A stretch of DNA of 64,000 bases from a virus. Positions 26,152 to 36,891 of the stretch are shown piece by piece; position 1 is the stretch's first letter; the number at the start of each line of letters is the position of its first letter. The notes under the pieces were generated by a model. That model was not told the origin of the DNA. It saw only the letters and a list, made by a program, of their open reading frames with translations, and did not search any database. The position numbers and the translations under genes were made by a program. The stretch lies in the IMG/VR virus record IMGVR_UViG_3300045988_148972; one strand, given 5' to 3'.

Positions 26152-28272
26152 ATGACAGGTATACAAATCAAAATAGGTGGGAAATGGGCTTATCTTCCTG
26201 ATGATTTTTCTTTAAGCCTGGAACAGACCAGTCCTGTATTCAACGATCAGGGGACTTTTTCGTTTCCCTTTGAAATTCCTCTTGAACCAAACAGGGAGAT
26301 TTTCCAGAATATTGCAGATCCGTATGGAGATATCAGTTTGAAAGACATAGATAAACTTCCGGCTGAGATCTGGTTTATGGGTGTTATGCTTTATCGAGGA
26401 AAGATAGAGACAGACAGTGAGATAGAATTTGAAGATACTATTCCACTGACATTTATTTCAGGTAACAGCGATTTTATGGATCGTACAGAGGAAATCAATG
26501 CGAGGGATGTTCCACTTGACAGACAGATAAAACTAGGATATCTAGTAACAGAAGCACATTACAACTTTGAAGGTGAAGACAAGGTTTTTCAGCTTCCAGA
26601 GCATGTTATGATGAATTATACGGAATATAATGTTTCAGATCCATATCCGGTAAAGCCTTATTGTAATGTAAGGGTATGCGCTTCCGATGAAAATATTACA
26701 GACGGATCAAGCATGTATGTTATACTGGAAGCCCGTCGTCCGTTTAGTGGGGTATGTTTTTATGTGAGATATTTCTTGCAATGCCTGTTTACCTATATGA
26801 ATGTAGGGGTAAGGGAAGATACACTTGGAAGTATGGAAGATATAGAAAGACTAGCTTTTTTTACAACAAAGTGTGATGTGGATTATGGGAAAGAACTTTA
26901 TCCTATACCATACAGCGATATTTCTTCCGAGAATTTTTTGGGTTCTGATTTTGCCATGGAAGGGGCTGCAAGTAGTCTTTATAAAACTTACTATTTTGCT
27001 GCATGGGATTTTACTTACAAAGGAAAGGACATTTATGCTACAAATAAAAATTTCCCAGATTGTACAGCCAAGGAAATTATAGAATATCTCCAGACTGCCT
27101 TTGGAGTAGTTTTTGTATATGATGCTCGTGAGAATGCCATGCGCATGTATTATATAAAAGACATACTAAAAAGCGAAGAGATACTTTCTCTTGATGTGGA
27201 AATTTTGGATTGTACCGTAAAAAAATCCAAATTTGAAGGACTTAAAATTACGTATGGTAATACTGATGATACGGCATTTAATTATACCGATTATCAAAAC
27301 GCTGTAGAATATGAAGATTACAAGGCAATACTTGCTAAAGGCATATCCGCAAATGACACTACCTGTTTTATAGACAAAAAAACTGGTAACGCATACCGTA
27401 TAAAAGTAAATAAAGATACAGGTGGAGATCCTTCTCTTTTTGAAGTTGCAGGATATCGTGACTATCAGACTCCAGAAGCTTCCGACGAGTCCGAAGAGCA
27501 AACTCTGACATTTCAGCCTGTTATTGTAAATGATGTACAAAAAGCCGTATTGGAAAAATTAGGAAATTCGACTGATAATTCGGAGAATGAAAAACAATGC
27601 TATGCCATATTTGCGGATGTACAATTGAATAAGAGCCAGGATTTTAGACAGGATTTATATAAGGGTACATGGCTAGGAGAAATATATCAGGGGATTAAAA
27701 CTCCTTATTCTGTACTTCTAACATTAAAAGCCCGCTGTCAGGAAAACTACGATATGACATCTTCGAATGAAGCTCCGTTGCGCACCTACGATGCAGGACA
27801 ATGTGTGGGTATAATGAGAGGCCCTGGGAATGAAGCTGGAACTACATATATTAATAATTATGATGGTGAAGGGAATGATTCCTGGGTCCAGACTGTAGCA
27901 AATTATGCGTTTACGTCTGACAGTTGTGATAATTATGGAAGATTTTTTGATTATAACGGTACAGAATCCGGTGGGGTAGATCAGGAAGGGCGTTTTTCAC
28001 TTAAACTGATAGCAAATAAAGATGACTATCCCATAGGCGCTCAATATTCTGGTCGTGGACTAGTTTCAAAATTCCTTTCCGAATACTTGTATTTTATGGG
28101 GAATAAAAAGGCTGTTATTCTCACCGTAAGGATGACAATATCACAGATATTAGGTATTGACATGCTCAAACGTTATCAAATAGGAGATTATGTGGGATTT
28201 ATAAACAAGCTTTCCTATACTATAGACCGCAGTGGTATTACGGATGTGAAAATAGAATTATACACCATTTAA
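26152..28272 (+). CDS. Distal tail / baseplate protein
   Basis: 706-aa ORF 9 nt after the tape measure stop. Assigned by position; no motif recognised. Confidence 0.55.
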   Translation: MTGIQIKIGGKWAYLPDDFSLSLEQTSPVFNDQGTFSFPFEIPLEPNREIFQNIADPYGDISLKDIDKLPAEIWFMGVMLYRGKIETDSEIEFEDTIPLTFISGNSDFMDRTEEINARDVPLDRQIKLGYLVTEAHYNFEGEDKVFQLPEHVMMNYTEYNVSDPYPVKPYCNVRVCASDENITDGSSMYVILEARRPFSGVCFYVRYFLQCLFTYMNVGVREDTLGSMEDIERLAFFTTKCDVDYGKELYPIPYSDISSENFLGSDFAMEGAASSLYKTYYFAAWDFTYKGKDIYATNKNFPDCTAKEIIEYLQTAFGVVFVYDARENAMRMYYIKDILKSEEILSLDVEILDCTVKKSKFEGLKITYGNTDDTAFNYTDYQNAVEYEDYKAILAKGISANDTTCFIDKKTGNAYRIKVNKDTGGDPSLFEVAGYRDYQTPEASDESEEQTLTFQPVIVNDVQKAVLEKLGNSTDNSENEKQCYAIFADVQLNKSQDFRQDLYKGTWLGEIYQGIKTPYSVLLTLKARCQENYDMTSSNEAPLRTYDAGQCVGIMRGPGNEAGTTYINNYDGEGNDSWVQTVANYAFTSDSCDNYGRFFDYNGTESGGVDQEGRFSLKLIANKDDYPIGAQYSGRGLVSKFLSEYLYFMGNKKAVILTVRMTISQILGIDMLKRYQIGDYVGFINKLSYTIDRSGITDVKIELYTI

Positions 28273-28287
28273 TCAAGAAGTAAAGAC

Positions 28288-29409
28288 ATGGCAATACAAG
28301 TATTACAGCAGCCGCCTCAGATAGCATTTGCAGGCGACCCTATTATCGTAAAAGTAAAGACTACGTTGTCTGGAAAAACATTTCTGCGCATTAAGATTAC
28401 GGTAAATGCAACAGCTTTTGCTGCATCGGAAGAGTTTAACTATTCAGAAAACTATTCCTTTGAAGTAGGGACAGACGGGACAGCCGTATTTAATATTGGA
28501 GAAACCATAAAAACCGCTTTGGCACGTAAAATGACTTTTGATGTGACAAGTACAAATACTATTTCTCAAATGTCCTATGCCGCTAGATATACTATTACAT
28601 ATAAGGAATCTTATTTGGACGGCATGATAGAAATAGAAGAGGGAGAAACTACTTCCGAACAGTATAATGCTATTCCTGGCAGGCTTACGGAATTTGAAAG
28701 GCTTACTGCATCCAGTGAAGATAGTACAGAAATTCTAGGTAATGGACGTATTTTGAGTCGTAAGCCAGAGGGTGATATTGTGCCGATTGGAATGCCTCTG
28801 TGTATTCCTGCAGTAAATACTCGCTCTGATTCTATAACATACACGGTAACACAAGGAGATGAATCGAAGGAATATTCCGAATATACTCGTGGTGCTCTGG
28901 TGCCTGATTCATTGAATATAAGTACCTCCACGTTCAAAGAAGGTGAACTTTTGGTAAGTACCGGATTTGAAACCGGGAAAAAACGCTATGCGGTAAAAAT
29001 AAATCCATTTATGCGCCACTTTATTTTCTTGAACGGATTTGGACTTATGGAAAGTGTGGTAGCCTGTACACGTGATTCGCTTGAATACGACATACAAAGC
29101 GAAATTTATACGCTTCCTTTAGATATTTCATATCGAGCAACCACACGAACGGCCAATTACGCACAAGCACCTTCAGGAACTCTATCTATGAGTAGCGGTT
29201 ATGTGAATAGGGAGTGGGCCGAATGGTGGCTCACTGAATTTGTTGTAACGACGAAAGCTTGGATGTACGACAACGGAAGATACATACCGGTCACAATTAT
29301 ACCCGAAGAAACAAACGAGTTATATGATAAAAGTAAGCCCGGTCTTCTTTCTGTAAACTTTAGTGTAAGGTATGCGTTCTCCGGAAGTACGCTTAACTCA
29401 TTCGTCTGA
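28288..29409 (+). CDS. Tail / baseplate-associated protein
   Basis: 373-aa ORF following the previous gene. Assigned by position only. Confidence 0.5.
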   Translation: MAIQVLQQPPQIAFAGDPIIVKVKTTLSGKTFLRIKITVNATAFAASEEFNYSENYSFEVGTDGTAVFNIGETIKTALARKMTFDVTSTNTISQMSYAARYTITYKESYLDGMIEIEEGETTSEQYNAIPGRLTEFERLTASSEDSTEILGNGRILSRKPEGDIVPIGMPLCIPAVNTRSDSITYTVTQGDESKEYSEYTRGALVPDSLNISTSTFKEGELLVSTGFETGKKRYAVKINPFMRHFIFLNGFGLMESVVACTRDSLEYDIQSEIYTLPLDISYRATTRTANYAQAPSGTLSMSSGYVNREWAEWWLTEFVVTTKAWMYDNGRYIPVTIIPEETNELYDKSKPGLLSVNFSVRYAFSGSTLNSFV

Positions 29410-30684
29410 CGGAAGGTTGACTTTCCCATTTTTGTTTTGAAGTTTTTCTTTCAATCGGATTACCTGCTGGCGGAGCATACGGTTCTCTTCCAGCAGGATC
29501 TCTATTACGGTCATTCCTGAAGGTAAATCCATTCTGTTTTTGTCGGCAATAAGATAAAAAGGTGTTATCTCAATCCTGTTGCATATATCTAGCATATCTT
29601 TTATGCGCATTGTGCTTTCTGTTTTTCTCCATGATCTGAGTTTCCATTCACTTATTCCTGTCCGTTCCAGCAGTTCCGAACGGTTTATTCCTGTAAGGCT
29701 GTCTTTCCCAAAAAAGTCATTAATGTATTCGGGATGAAAACACACGTTCTTCCAGTCGTCTGTCCTATAATAGTCATACACGTTTAACTCTGGGATAATT
29801 CCGTTATCTCTGAAAAAGAAATGCCTTGTGCTGATGTGGTATTTATTGGAGAGCTTTACTAAAGAACTAACCAGCATATTGCCGTCTATAAACATTTCAC
29901 TGTAATATTTCATGCCTACATCCTGAATAATTCTTGATCTTGACACTCCTACAACGGTGTGAAAGTTTTCAAGAAGTTTCCAGTTGGCAGTCCATTCCCT
30001 TATATTTGCTTTGTATGAAGATCCAGCATTTTCTTCTGACAACATTTCTGAATCTCTTAGCTGTATTCTCAGTCTACGGTTCTCTTCCTGAAGCTCACGA
30101 TTTTCTTTCCTGTATTCTGAAAGAGCCTCTTTCAAACCGGAAATCTCCTCCCACACAAGTGTCGGGAGTGTCGATTCCGAGTCAATGTACTTTTCAAGCT
30201 TTTCGTTTTTATCTTCCAGGAATACTTCAATGTCTATTCTGAGCCTATTGCATACGTCTACAAGCCAGTTGACCGTACATCCTCCTATTTCTGGGTTCTG
30301 CCATCTGACAATGGTAGAAATGGAAATTCCGCTAAATCTGGAAAATTCTGCCAGTGAAGGTATTTTGCTAATTCCATTCGGCCCGTACAAGAAACGTATG
30401 TTTTCTGGATGAAATTTAATTTGATAAAAATCATTGTCAGGAATTACATATTTGAATCGGTTTCCTAGAGTGCAATCAGATGGATGTATGGAAATGAATT
30501 TGGTCATGCTAATACGGAAAGCATTGCATGCTAATACTAAATCTTGAACCAATATATTGTTTTGATTTTCAACCTTTCGTCTATACATATAAACATTTCC
30601 GTATATCTTTTTAGATACGTCTTTTGCAGTCATACCAAACAGAGCCGGGAGATTTTCAAACAGGAAGGAATTGAAATAATACAT
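29398..30684 (-). CDS. Transcriptional regulator with four HTH-like modules and two leucine-zipper-like segments (repressor candidate)
   Basis: Internal duplication of [HTH-HTH-coiled coil]. Examples: FSRFSGISISTIVRWQN and LERTGISEWKLRSWRK, with ENRELQEENRRLRIQL and LEENRMLRQQVIRLKEKL. Divergent from the early operon. Confidence 0.6.
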   Translation of the reverse strand: MYYFNSFLFENLPALFGMTAKDVSKKIYGNVYMYRRKVENQNNILVQDLVLACNAFRISMTKFISIHPSDCTLGNRFKYVIPDNDFYQIKFHPENIRFLYGPNGISKIPSLAEFSRFSGISISTIVRWQNPEIGGCTVNWLVDVCNRLRIDIEVFLEDKNEKLEKYIDSESTLPTLVWEEISGLKEALSEYRKENRELQEENRRLRIQLRDSEMLSEENAGSSYKANIREWTANWKLLENFHTVVGVSRSRIIQDVGMKYYSEMFIDGNMLVSSLVKLSNKYHISTRHFFFRDNGIIPELNVYDYYRTDDWKNVCFHPEYINDFFGKDSLTGINRSELLERTGISEWKLRSWRKTESTMRIKDMLDICNRIEITPFYLIADKNRMDLPSGMTVIEILLEENRMLRQQVIRLKEKLQNKNGKVNLPSDE

Positions 30685-30695
30685 AAAATATGTGT

Positions 30696-30748
30696 TTAAA
30701 ATTGTTTTTTAAGTACGATTATGATGTGATTGTCAAATTAAAATTGTT
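30696..30748. promoter_or_regulatory. Two direct copies of TTAAAATTGTT in the divergent intergenic region (operator candidates)
   Basis: Copies at 30696..30706 and 30738..30748, 42 nt apart, between the - strand regulator start (30684) and the + strand ATG 30821. Confidence 0.4.
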
Positions 30749-30820
30749 ACTTTGTAGGGTAAAAATAACAAAAAACGACCGAAACCGCAAAGACGGGAAA
30801 TAACAATATATATCAAAAGT

Positions 30821-31201
30821 ATGAAAATGAGCATCATTCAAGCATTATCCGAAAAGAAATTAAGTCCCATGCGATTGGGGTTCAGTCGCTATCTTGTGGA
30901 CCGTTACGGAATGAGCATGAGCACGGCTTACCAGAAGATACGTTTGAACCGTGTTCGCCGTTGGGAGGCGGAAGGAGTAGAAAAATGTCTTAGAGATTTT
31001 GATCCGGATTACGAAGGAAAGCTGGAAGACTTTTTTGCGCACGTGCGTGTGAAGGGTGAATTTATTGGGTTTATGAAAAAACGAGGCATGGGTGAACATG
31101 CGTTGCGTGCGCATTTCCGCAATTTTGACTTTACAGAAGTAGAGCTTCGTGGTCTGGAGGATATTTATAAGGAATACAAGAAACAGTTGGAGGAAATGTG
31201 A
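30821..31201 (+). CDS. Hypothetical early protein (126 aa)
   Basis: First gene of the rightward early operon. The segment SMSTAYQKIRLNRVRRWE could be an HTH, which is weak evidence. Confidence 0.55.
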   Translation: MKMSIIQALSEKKLSPMRLGFSRYLVDRYGMSMSTAYQKIRLNRVRRWEAEGVEKCLRDFDPDYEGKLEDFFAHVRVKGEFIGFMKKRGMGEHALRAHFRNFDFTEVELRGLEDIYKEYKKQLEEM

Positions 31202-31830
31202 TGGATATATTGGAAAGGCAATGGGAAGCGCACACACGTCTTCAGGATGGATTTTCAAGGATTGAGTTTGAAGACGGCGAAGAAATTACTATTAAAAACG
31301 ACGGGAAGACAGGAATAGATTTTGTAGAGGAATATCTCAAGGAAATGAAGAAGAACTATCCGTCGCATCTTGTTGCGGCAGACCTTCTATTGCAGATGCG
31401 CTTGGGACGTTCATATAAAACAATTCGGAGTCTGCGGAGCCGATATCTGTCAGAACTTGCACTGGTAAGTCTGAACTGCTGTTTCGGACGGGAGGATGAC
31501 ATTCCTGATCACGAAGGCCCGGAAGACTTTAATACGGAACATACACACTGTCCTATGCGATATAATTGTCCGTTTAATGGTTTTAATCCTGCTTTCAAGA
31601 ACAAAAAGGAGGTATGCTGCAATCCTGTATATGAATGCGGGCTGACTTCTACTCAGGCAGAAATAGCGAACATGCTGGTCAATACTTCATTTACTTACGA
31701 GGAAATTGCCGACGAATTGGGATGTAGCTATTCCAATATAGACAATATGAGGAAACGTATTTTCGCTAAACTGGGAGTGAATACACGTCCGGAACTTATG
31801 TTATTGCTTAAAGGGAAACGCTTGTTATGA
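31201..31830 (+). CDS. LuxR/GerE-type HTH transcription regulator with a Cys-rich central region
   Basis: The C-terminus LTSTQAEIANMLVNTSFTYEEIADELGCSYSNIDNMRKRIFAKLGV fits the LuxR-type HTH. The segment HTHCPMRYNCP...CCNPVYEC is Cys-rich. ATG 31201 overlaps the upstream stop (TGATG). Confidence 0.6.
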   Translation: MDILERQWEAHTRLQDGFSRIEFEDGEEITIKNDGKTGIDFVEEYLKEMKKNYPSHLVAADLLLQMRLGRSYKTIRSLRSRYLSELALVSLNCCFGREDDIPDHEGPEDFNTEHTHCPMRYNCPFNGFNPAFKNKKEVCCNPVYECGLTSTQAEIANMLVNTSFTYEEIADELGCSYSNIDNMRKRIFAKLGVNTRPELMLLLKGKRLL

Positions 31831-32120
31831 AACGAAGTAGAGAAGTATATGAACAGCGTTTCCATGTGCGTTACACGGAAATAGCGATAGGCTATCCGGA
31901 AGGTTGTGTGAGCATAGCGTGCAGCAACCTGTCGAAGTCGTCCATGCAGAAGCTCATGAACGAGTTGGTGTACGACGGATATTCTTCCACAGGAAGCGTG
32001 CAGGAAGATACAATTTACCTGCATGAACCAGACCCCATGATGTGCCTGCCGGAAAGCCTGAAAGAAATGATACAAGCCAAAACGGAAAGCATGAACTACG
32101 AGGTGAAATTCCTCTATTAA
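31827..32120 (+). CDS. Hypothetical protein (97 aa)
   Basis: ATGA overlap with the upstream gene. No motif. Confidence 0.5.
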   Translation: MKRSREVYEQRFHVRYTEIAIGYPEGCVSIACSNLSKSSMQKLMNELVYDGYSSTGSVQEDTIYLHEPDPMMCLPESLKEMIQAKTESMNYEVKFLY

Positions 32121-32131
32121 AATTCCCTGAA

Positions 32132-35100
32132 ATGATTTCTGACAAAACAGTTGATAAACTCAATGCGCTTCCTCTTCCTGACGTGATGCGCAACAACGGA
32201 TACCTTCCCGCGTCGCAGACAGCACGCAGCGTATTCTATCGCTGCCCGTTTCACGACGAGAAGAACGGAAGTTTCTGCGTGAGCAAATTCCCACCGAAAG
32301 GAGAACGCTATGCGGCCTTCAATTGCTTTGTATGTGGCGAACAGAATCGAAGCAAGGGAGTAGGAGCCATTATGCTGCAGCAGCGGCTCTTAGAACGTGC
32401 AGGAGAGAAGCACGACTTCCTTGATGCGGTGAACCGGCTGGCCAAGGACTTCAACCTGATTATTGAGGGAGATTACAAGAACGGATTTTTTCACAGGGCA
32501 CGCAAGACTGATCCACAGCCGGAAGTAGATTTCCGCATCCGTGAGGAAGAGTTTACACCCGCTGAGCTTCGTGCGTTGGGCTGCCAGGTACTACCTGTGT
32601 TCCGGGCCGGGAAAAATACAATCGAAGGCCCCGAGCAGACGGCCGTGACCGATGCAGACGGAAACAATCTGTTGCGCTGTTCTTTCAATCCCGATTTCTA
32701 CCGTGGAGATAAACCAGCACTCTTTGACAGCAGCCAGCTCCGCACTATGTTCAACCTCTATCCGCTGGAAAGCTATGTCACACCCGAGAAGGCCGATACT
32801 GACGGCGTACTGACCAGCTACGAAGTGAAGTCTACGCCTTCTTACCCGATTTTTCTTTTTCGTTACGAAGACGAAAACGGATGGTGGGCACGAAAATATG
32901 AGCCTTATTTCCGTGAAACGACGGACGCGGACGGACGCCGCCAGCCCAACTACAAGTTTACCTGGTGGTACCAGGGAGGAATCCGTCCGGAAGGATTCCA
33001 CAAGGAAATCTACGGCGACACTGACGTGATGCGTGCCCTACAGAGCGGACGTGTGGAAACCTCCGACAAGAAAGGACACCCCATTATAAATATAGAGAAA
33101 ACACGTATAGACGAGAAAGGGCGGCGCACCCGTGCTTTTGCTGACGTCTTCCGCCGTATCGTCATTTGTTCCGGACCGCGCGATGCCATCAATGTATACT
33201 TCCATAGCGACGCTCATGTGGTGTTTCCCCACTCCGAGAGTGTGGAGATTTCATCGGAAACTATCCGTCGCCTGCTGGACATCTCCATGGAAGTGTTTGT
33301 GCTTTATGATATCGACCGCACCGGCATACGTGCCATGAACCGGCTGGCTTTGAAACACGTGGAACTAAAAGTGCTCTATCTGCCTGAAGATCTCTCCACT
33401 CAGTACAATCCCCGCAGCGGAAAAGCCTGTAAGGATGCCGAAGAGTTCTTCAATTTCTATCCGGCAGTGATGCGCCGGAATGAAAAGCTTATGCACACTA
33501 ACGTAAACCGCTATTTTGACGACCTGCTCAAGACCGCCCGCCGGATGCGTTTCTGGGACGTGCAGTACCAGACCAAAAAGCAGGAGGACGAAAGCAAGGT
33601 AGTGGTGCGCAAATATACCCTAAACTTCGATAACATGGCCCAGTTCCTTTCTGCCAACGGATTCTACAAGTACACCGACGAAGCCGACACCACCAAGTTT
33701 GTGCACATCAGCAACAACATTGTCGATGTGGTGGAAGAGAGCCAGGCACTTAGTGAAGCCAAGGAAATCATGAAAGACTTCCTGATATATAATTCACAGT
33801 ATTATTCCGAGGAACTAAGCAATGCCATCAGTACCCAGAAGAAAATCGGACGCGACACCATGTCCGGCATCAAGAAAGTAGACCTGAACTTCATGTCGTG
33901 GGGAAAAGATTTCGATTATTTCTTCTTCCGCAACTGCGCCGTGAAGGTGACGGCCGACAGCATCGAGCCGGTGGACTACGTGGACCTGCCTTTCCATGTA
34001 AACCGAAAGGCCATTATTGACGCTGATTACCATCCGATGAAGTCTCCGCTTTTCACTATCGAGGAGAATCCGGAATATGCCGCACGTAAGGAACTGAACA
34101 GGCAGCGCATGGCCGACAAGCGGATGAACGAAAACGAGCGCCGCCGTGAGGATGCGGAGTTCATCGCCTACCAGCGTTTGTACCGCTTTTTGCTAAAAAT
34201 GCCAAAAGACATTGACCAGATGCCTATCTGTGTGCAGTGGCTATACGACACCAGCCGCATACACTGGCGAAAGGAATCTGAAGGCTATCCGCTTACCGAT
34301 TTGGAGAAGCAGCGCCAGGATATGCACTTCATTTGCAAGGTTGCCCTGATGGGTTACATGCTTTCGCGCTACCGTACTGGAACCATGCAGAAGATGGGAG
34401 TCGTGACGGAGTACACCGTAGCCGACGAAGGAAAGAACAGCGGCGGTACCGGAAAAAGTTTCTTCCGTTCCTTCTTCGAGCTTGTGCGGAAGGTGTGCTA
34501 CATTCCCGGTCAGACCCTGAAGAAGAAGGAAAACATGGCCAAGAACTTCGACAAGTTCCACTATACCGTGGACAGCATGTGTCTGATAGACGACCTTCGT
34601 CCCGACATGATGGGCAGCGAGTTCTACAACATTACGGACAACATTACGGTAAAGACCCTGTATCACGATGAAATGACACTGCCGCGAGAAGCTACCCCGA
34701 AGATATTCATTACCATGAACAAGATGCCGTTCGACATGACCGAAGGAAGCACCTCACGCCGTATCTTCCTGGCCATGCAGAGCGATTACTATCACGACGA
34801 GGACTACGCCGGCCAGTTCAAGAAACGCACGCCGCAGACCAAGTTCGGGAAAGACATCTTCCTGGAAGCTACCGAAGAGGAACGCGACGAAGCGGTGTAC
34901 ATGATGCTGCAAAGCTGTCAGTTCTACCTCGGCCTGCAGGAAAGCCTTATACCGCCCATGTCGCAGGACGGACAGATGCGAATCCTTTACTCCGCCATCA
35001 AGGACCAGGTATTCATTGACTGGGCCAATCATTTCTTTGCGAACCAGTGGCACTGGAAAAGGCCGGTATCCATCAGTGAAATGGCCATCAGTTACCTGGA

Positions 35101-35431
35101 ACACCGGGGTGATGCGGTGACGATGCAGAGCGTGAAATCCGTGAAGAACGAAATGATAGAGAAGATGCAGGCTTACTGCTTCAATATGCAGTACACCATG
35201 AACCCTTCCATCGTCTACCGCTCGGACAAAGGCTCCAAATATCCCCGTCACTACGCATGGGAGCAGGAGTTTATGAACGACACGATCCGCCGTGAGGAAC
35301 GCACCCGAAAATTTACCCGTGTGTGCTTCTTCTACAAGCTGGGTGAGGAACCCAAAGACTCCAAGGAGATACTTTCCTGCCCGGAAACCGACGAAGAGTG
35401 GGAGGAAAAGAAGCGCTTTGAAGATGATTAA
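32132..35431 (+). CDS. Primase-helicase (CHC2 zinc finger, Toprim, P-loop helicase)
   Basis: CPFHDEKNGSFCV...FNCFVCGE zinc finger, VLYDIDRTG Toprim acidic motif, GGTGKSFF Walker A and MCLIDDL Walker B. ATG 32132 follows the upstream stop; the track start at 32042 overlaps it. Confidence 0.8.
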   Translation: MISDKTVDKLNALPLPDVMRNNGYLPASQTARSVFYRCPFHDEKNGSFCVSKFPPKGERYAAFNCFVCGEQNRSKGVGAIMLQQRLLERAGEKHDFLDAVNRLAKDFNLIIEGDYKNGFFHRARKTDPQPEVDFRIREEEFTPAELRALGCQVLPVFRAGKNTIEGPEQTAVTDADGNNLLRCSFNPDFYRGDKPALFDSSQLRTMFNLYPLESYVTPEKADTDGVLTSYEVKSTPSYPIFLFRYEDENGWWARKYEPYFRETTDADGRRQPNYKFTWWYQGGIRPEGFHKEIYGDTDVMRALQSGRVETSDKKGHPIINIEKTRIDEKGRRTRAFADVFRRIVICSGPRDAINVYFHSDAHVVFPHSESVEISSETIRRLLDISMEVFVLYDIDRTGIRAMNRLALKHVELKVLYLPEDLSTQYNPRSGKACKDAEEFFNFYPAVMRRNEKLMHTNVNRYFDDLLKTARRMRFWDVQYQTKKQEDESKVVVRKYTLNFDNMAQFLSANGFYKYTDEADTTKFVHISNNIVDVVEESQALSEAKEIMKDFLIYNSQYYSEELSNAISTQKKIGRDTMSGIKKVDLNFMSWGKDFDYFFFRNCAVKVTADSIEPVDYVDLPFHVNRKAIIDADYHPMKSPLFTIEENPEYAARKELNRQRMADKRMNENERRREDAEFIAYQRLYRFLLKMPKDIDQMPICVQWLYDTSRIHWRKESEGYPLTDLEKQRQDMHFICKVALMGYMLSRYRTGTMQKMGVVTEYTVADEGKNSGGTGKSFFRSFFELVRKVCYIPGQTLKKKENMAKNFDKFHYTVDSMCLIDDLRPDMMGSEFYNITDNITVKTLYHDEMTLPREATPKIFITMNKMPFDMTEGSTSRRIFLAMQSDYYHDEDYAGQFKKRTPQTKFGKDIFLEATEEERDEAVYMMLQSCQFYLGLQESLIPPMSQDGQMRILYSAIKDQVFIDWANHFFANQWHWKRPVSISEMAISYLEHRGDAVTMQSVKSVKNEMIEKMQAYCFNMQYTMNPSIVYRSDKGSKYPRHYAWEQEFMNDTIRREERTRKFTRVCFFYKLGEEPKDSKEILSCPETDEEWEEKKRFEDD

Positions 35432-35452
35432 TAACCTTAAAAAGAAAAGAAT

Positions 35453-35749
35453 ATGGCAAGAATTTTAAAACATGAAATCCCGGCAGCGTCAGAGTTCAAG
35501 CTTCCGCTTCACGAGTATAGCAAGCTGCTGAAACTTGATGTTGTAAACGAGAAAACATATATATGGGCATTGGAAGATGAATCAAAGCCACAGCGGGGAG
35601 TAAAGTTCCGTATGGTAATGACCGGTGAAGAGATAAATCTTGATCCTTACATGGTGTATATAGGTACGTTTATACTTTACAACGGTTCGTTTGTAGGGCA
35701 TTTGTTTATGGATACTTCTGTTCCGATGATAATTGGTGTAGGGCTTTAA
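35453..35749 (+). CDS. Hypothetical protein (98 aa)
   Basis: ATG ORF in operon packing. Confidence 0.5.
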   Translation: MARILKHEIPAASEFKLPLHEYSKLLKLDVVNEKTYIWALEDESKPQRGVKFRMVMTGEEINLDPYMVYIGTFILYNGSFVGHLFMDTSVPMIIGVGL

Positions 35750-35762
35750 AATAGTGGGAGAT

Positions 35763-36044
35763 ATGGAAGTAATAATAACTATATTATTAGTATTCCTCAT
35801 TATATCAGGGATTGGATTTATAATTTGTCAATATCTTATATACAGAAACAGAAAAGTGTTAGAGTTTCAATTTATGGTATTAGATATTTGTGCTGAGTAC
35901 TTATATAGACATGCTGATAGCAATATTAATGATGTGAATTGGTTTGTAGGTAAACACACAGACAAGCGATTGCTATTCAGCATAAAACCACTGAAACTCG
36001 AATATTGGTACACAAAAGAAGAATTGGATAAGATTTATAATTAA
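35763..36044 (+). CDS. Small membrane protein (N-terminal TM)
   Basis: MEVIITILLVFLIISGIGFIICQYLIY hydrophobic helix. The track start at 35754 is a GTG. Confidence 0.5.
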   Translation: MEVIITILLVFLIISGIGFIICQYLIYRNRKVLEFQFMVLDICAEYLYRHADSNINDVNWFVGKHTDKRLLFSIKPLKLEYWYTKEELDKIYN

Positions 36045-36054
36045 TAAAATTTAG

Positions 36055-36405
36055 ATGAACGTCATGAACACACCGATTATCATGGAAGAATCCTATTGGG
36101 CAAACAGCCAGCTTTCTATTGCCCGATATTATGGTGGAATTGTATTCAGGAGGAAAGAATACTTCATCGTAAACAAGGATGGAATTACGCTACTTGAGTT
36201 AAGCGACCCTGACAGCCCACACTACGTAAAAGGAGGTATGGCCATTCCACCCGGAGAACTGGCCGACCTGGTACAGAATGAGTGGATTCCAGTCTACAAG
36301 GCATTAGGAAGGAAGAAAACCTTTGAGCTGGTACAATCTGGAAAGACTCTGGGTGAAGCATTGCTGATGGTTAAGGAAGTGAAGAAATTGAAGAAAGTGA
36401 AATGA
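36055..36405 (+). CDS. Hypothetical protein (116 aa)
   Basis: ATG ORF. Stop overlaps the next start. Confidence 0.5.
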   Translation: MNVMNTPIIMEESYWANSQLSIARYYGGIVFRRKEYFIVNKDGITLLELSDPDSPHYVKGGMAIPPGELADLVQNEWIPVYKALGRKKTFELVQSGKTLGEALLMVKEVKKLKKVK

Positions 36406-36875
36406 GACGAATACTTTATAACGCAAGCGATACAGAAACATTCCAGCGTATTGTAAAAACAGCTAAGAATGGAATTTTTGGAGGCACTTCGGACACAATA
36501 GATTACCTTGATAAGTGCCGATGGTTTTTGGAACGATACGATTGTATAATCATATTTACACGTGATGAAGGAGCCCATACCTGCGGATGGTGGAAAAATC
36601 CGGATTATGAAAGATGCTACCACCTGTCAATCTCATTTCCTGGGGGTTGGAACAGGAAGAAAGCGGAATATATTCTTGATCGGATATTCGGATATAACAA
36701 GCGTATGCTGTGGTGCGAGCCTCCATATTCAGAAGATGGGAAGCGAGCTGGAGTATTCCACTACCGGCTATTCTGCGATGTGAACTGGAATCCGATAATG
36801 CCTCGTGGAGAAGTATATTCCACAAAATTTACGGAGCTTGGATGGAAAAGCTTTTCGGAACTGCATGGAAAATAA
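36402..36875 (+). CDS. Hypothetical protein (157 aa)
   Basis: ATG ORF with an ATGA overlap. Trp/Cys-rich, with no recognised motif. Confidence 0.55.
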   Translation: MRRILYNASDTETFQRIVKTAKNGIFGGTSDTIDYLDKCRWFLERYDCIIIFTRDEGAHTCGWWKNPDYERCYHLSISFPGGWNRKKAEYILDRIFGYNKRMLWCEPPYSEDGKRAGVFHYRLFCDVNWNPIMPRGEVYSTKFTELGWKSFSELHGK

Positions 36876-36891
36876 AATAGGAGAATGACAA

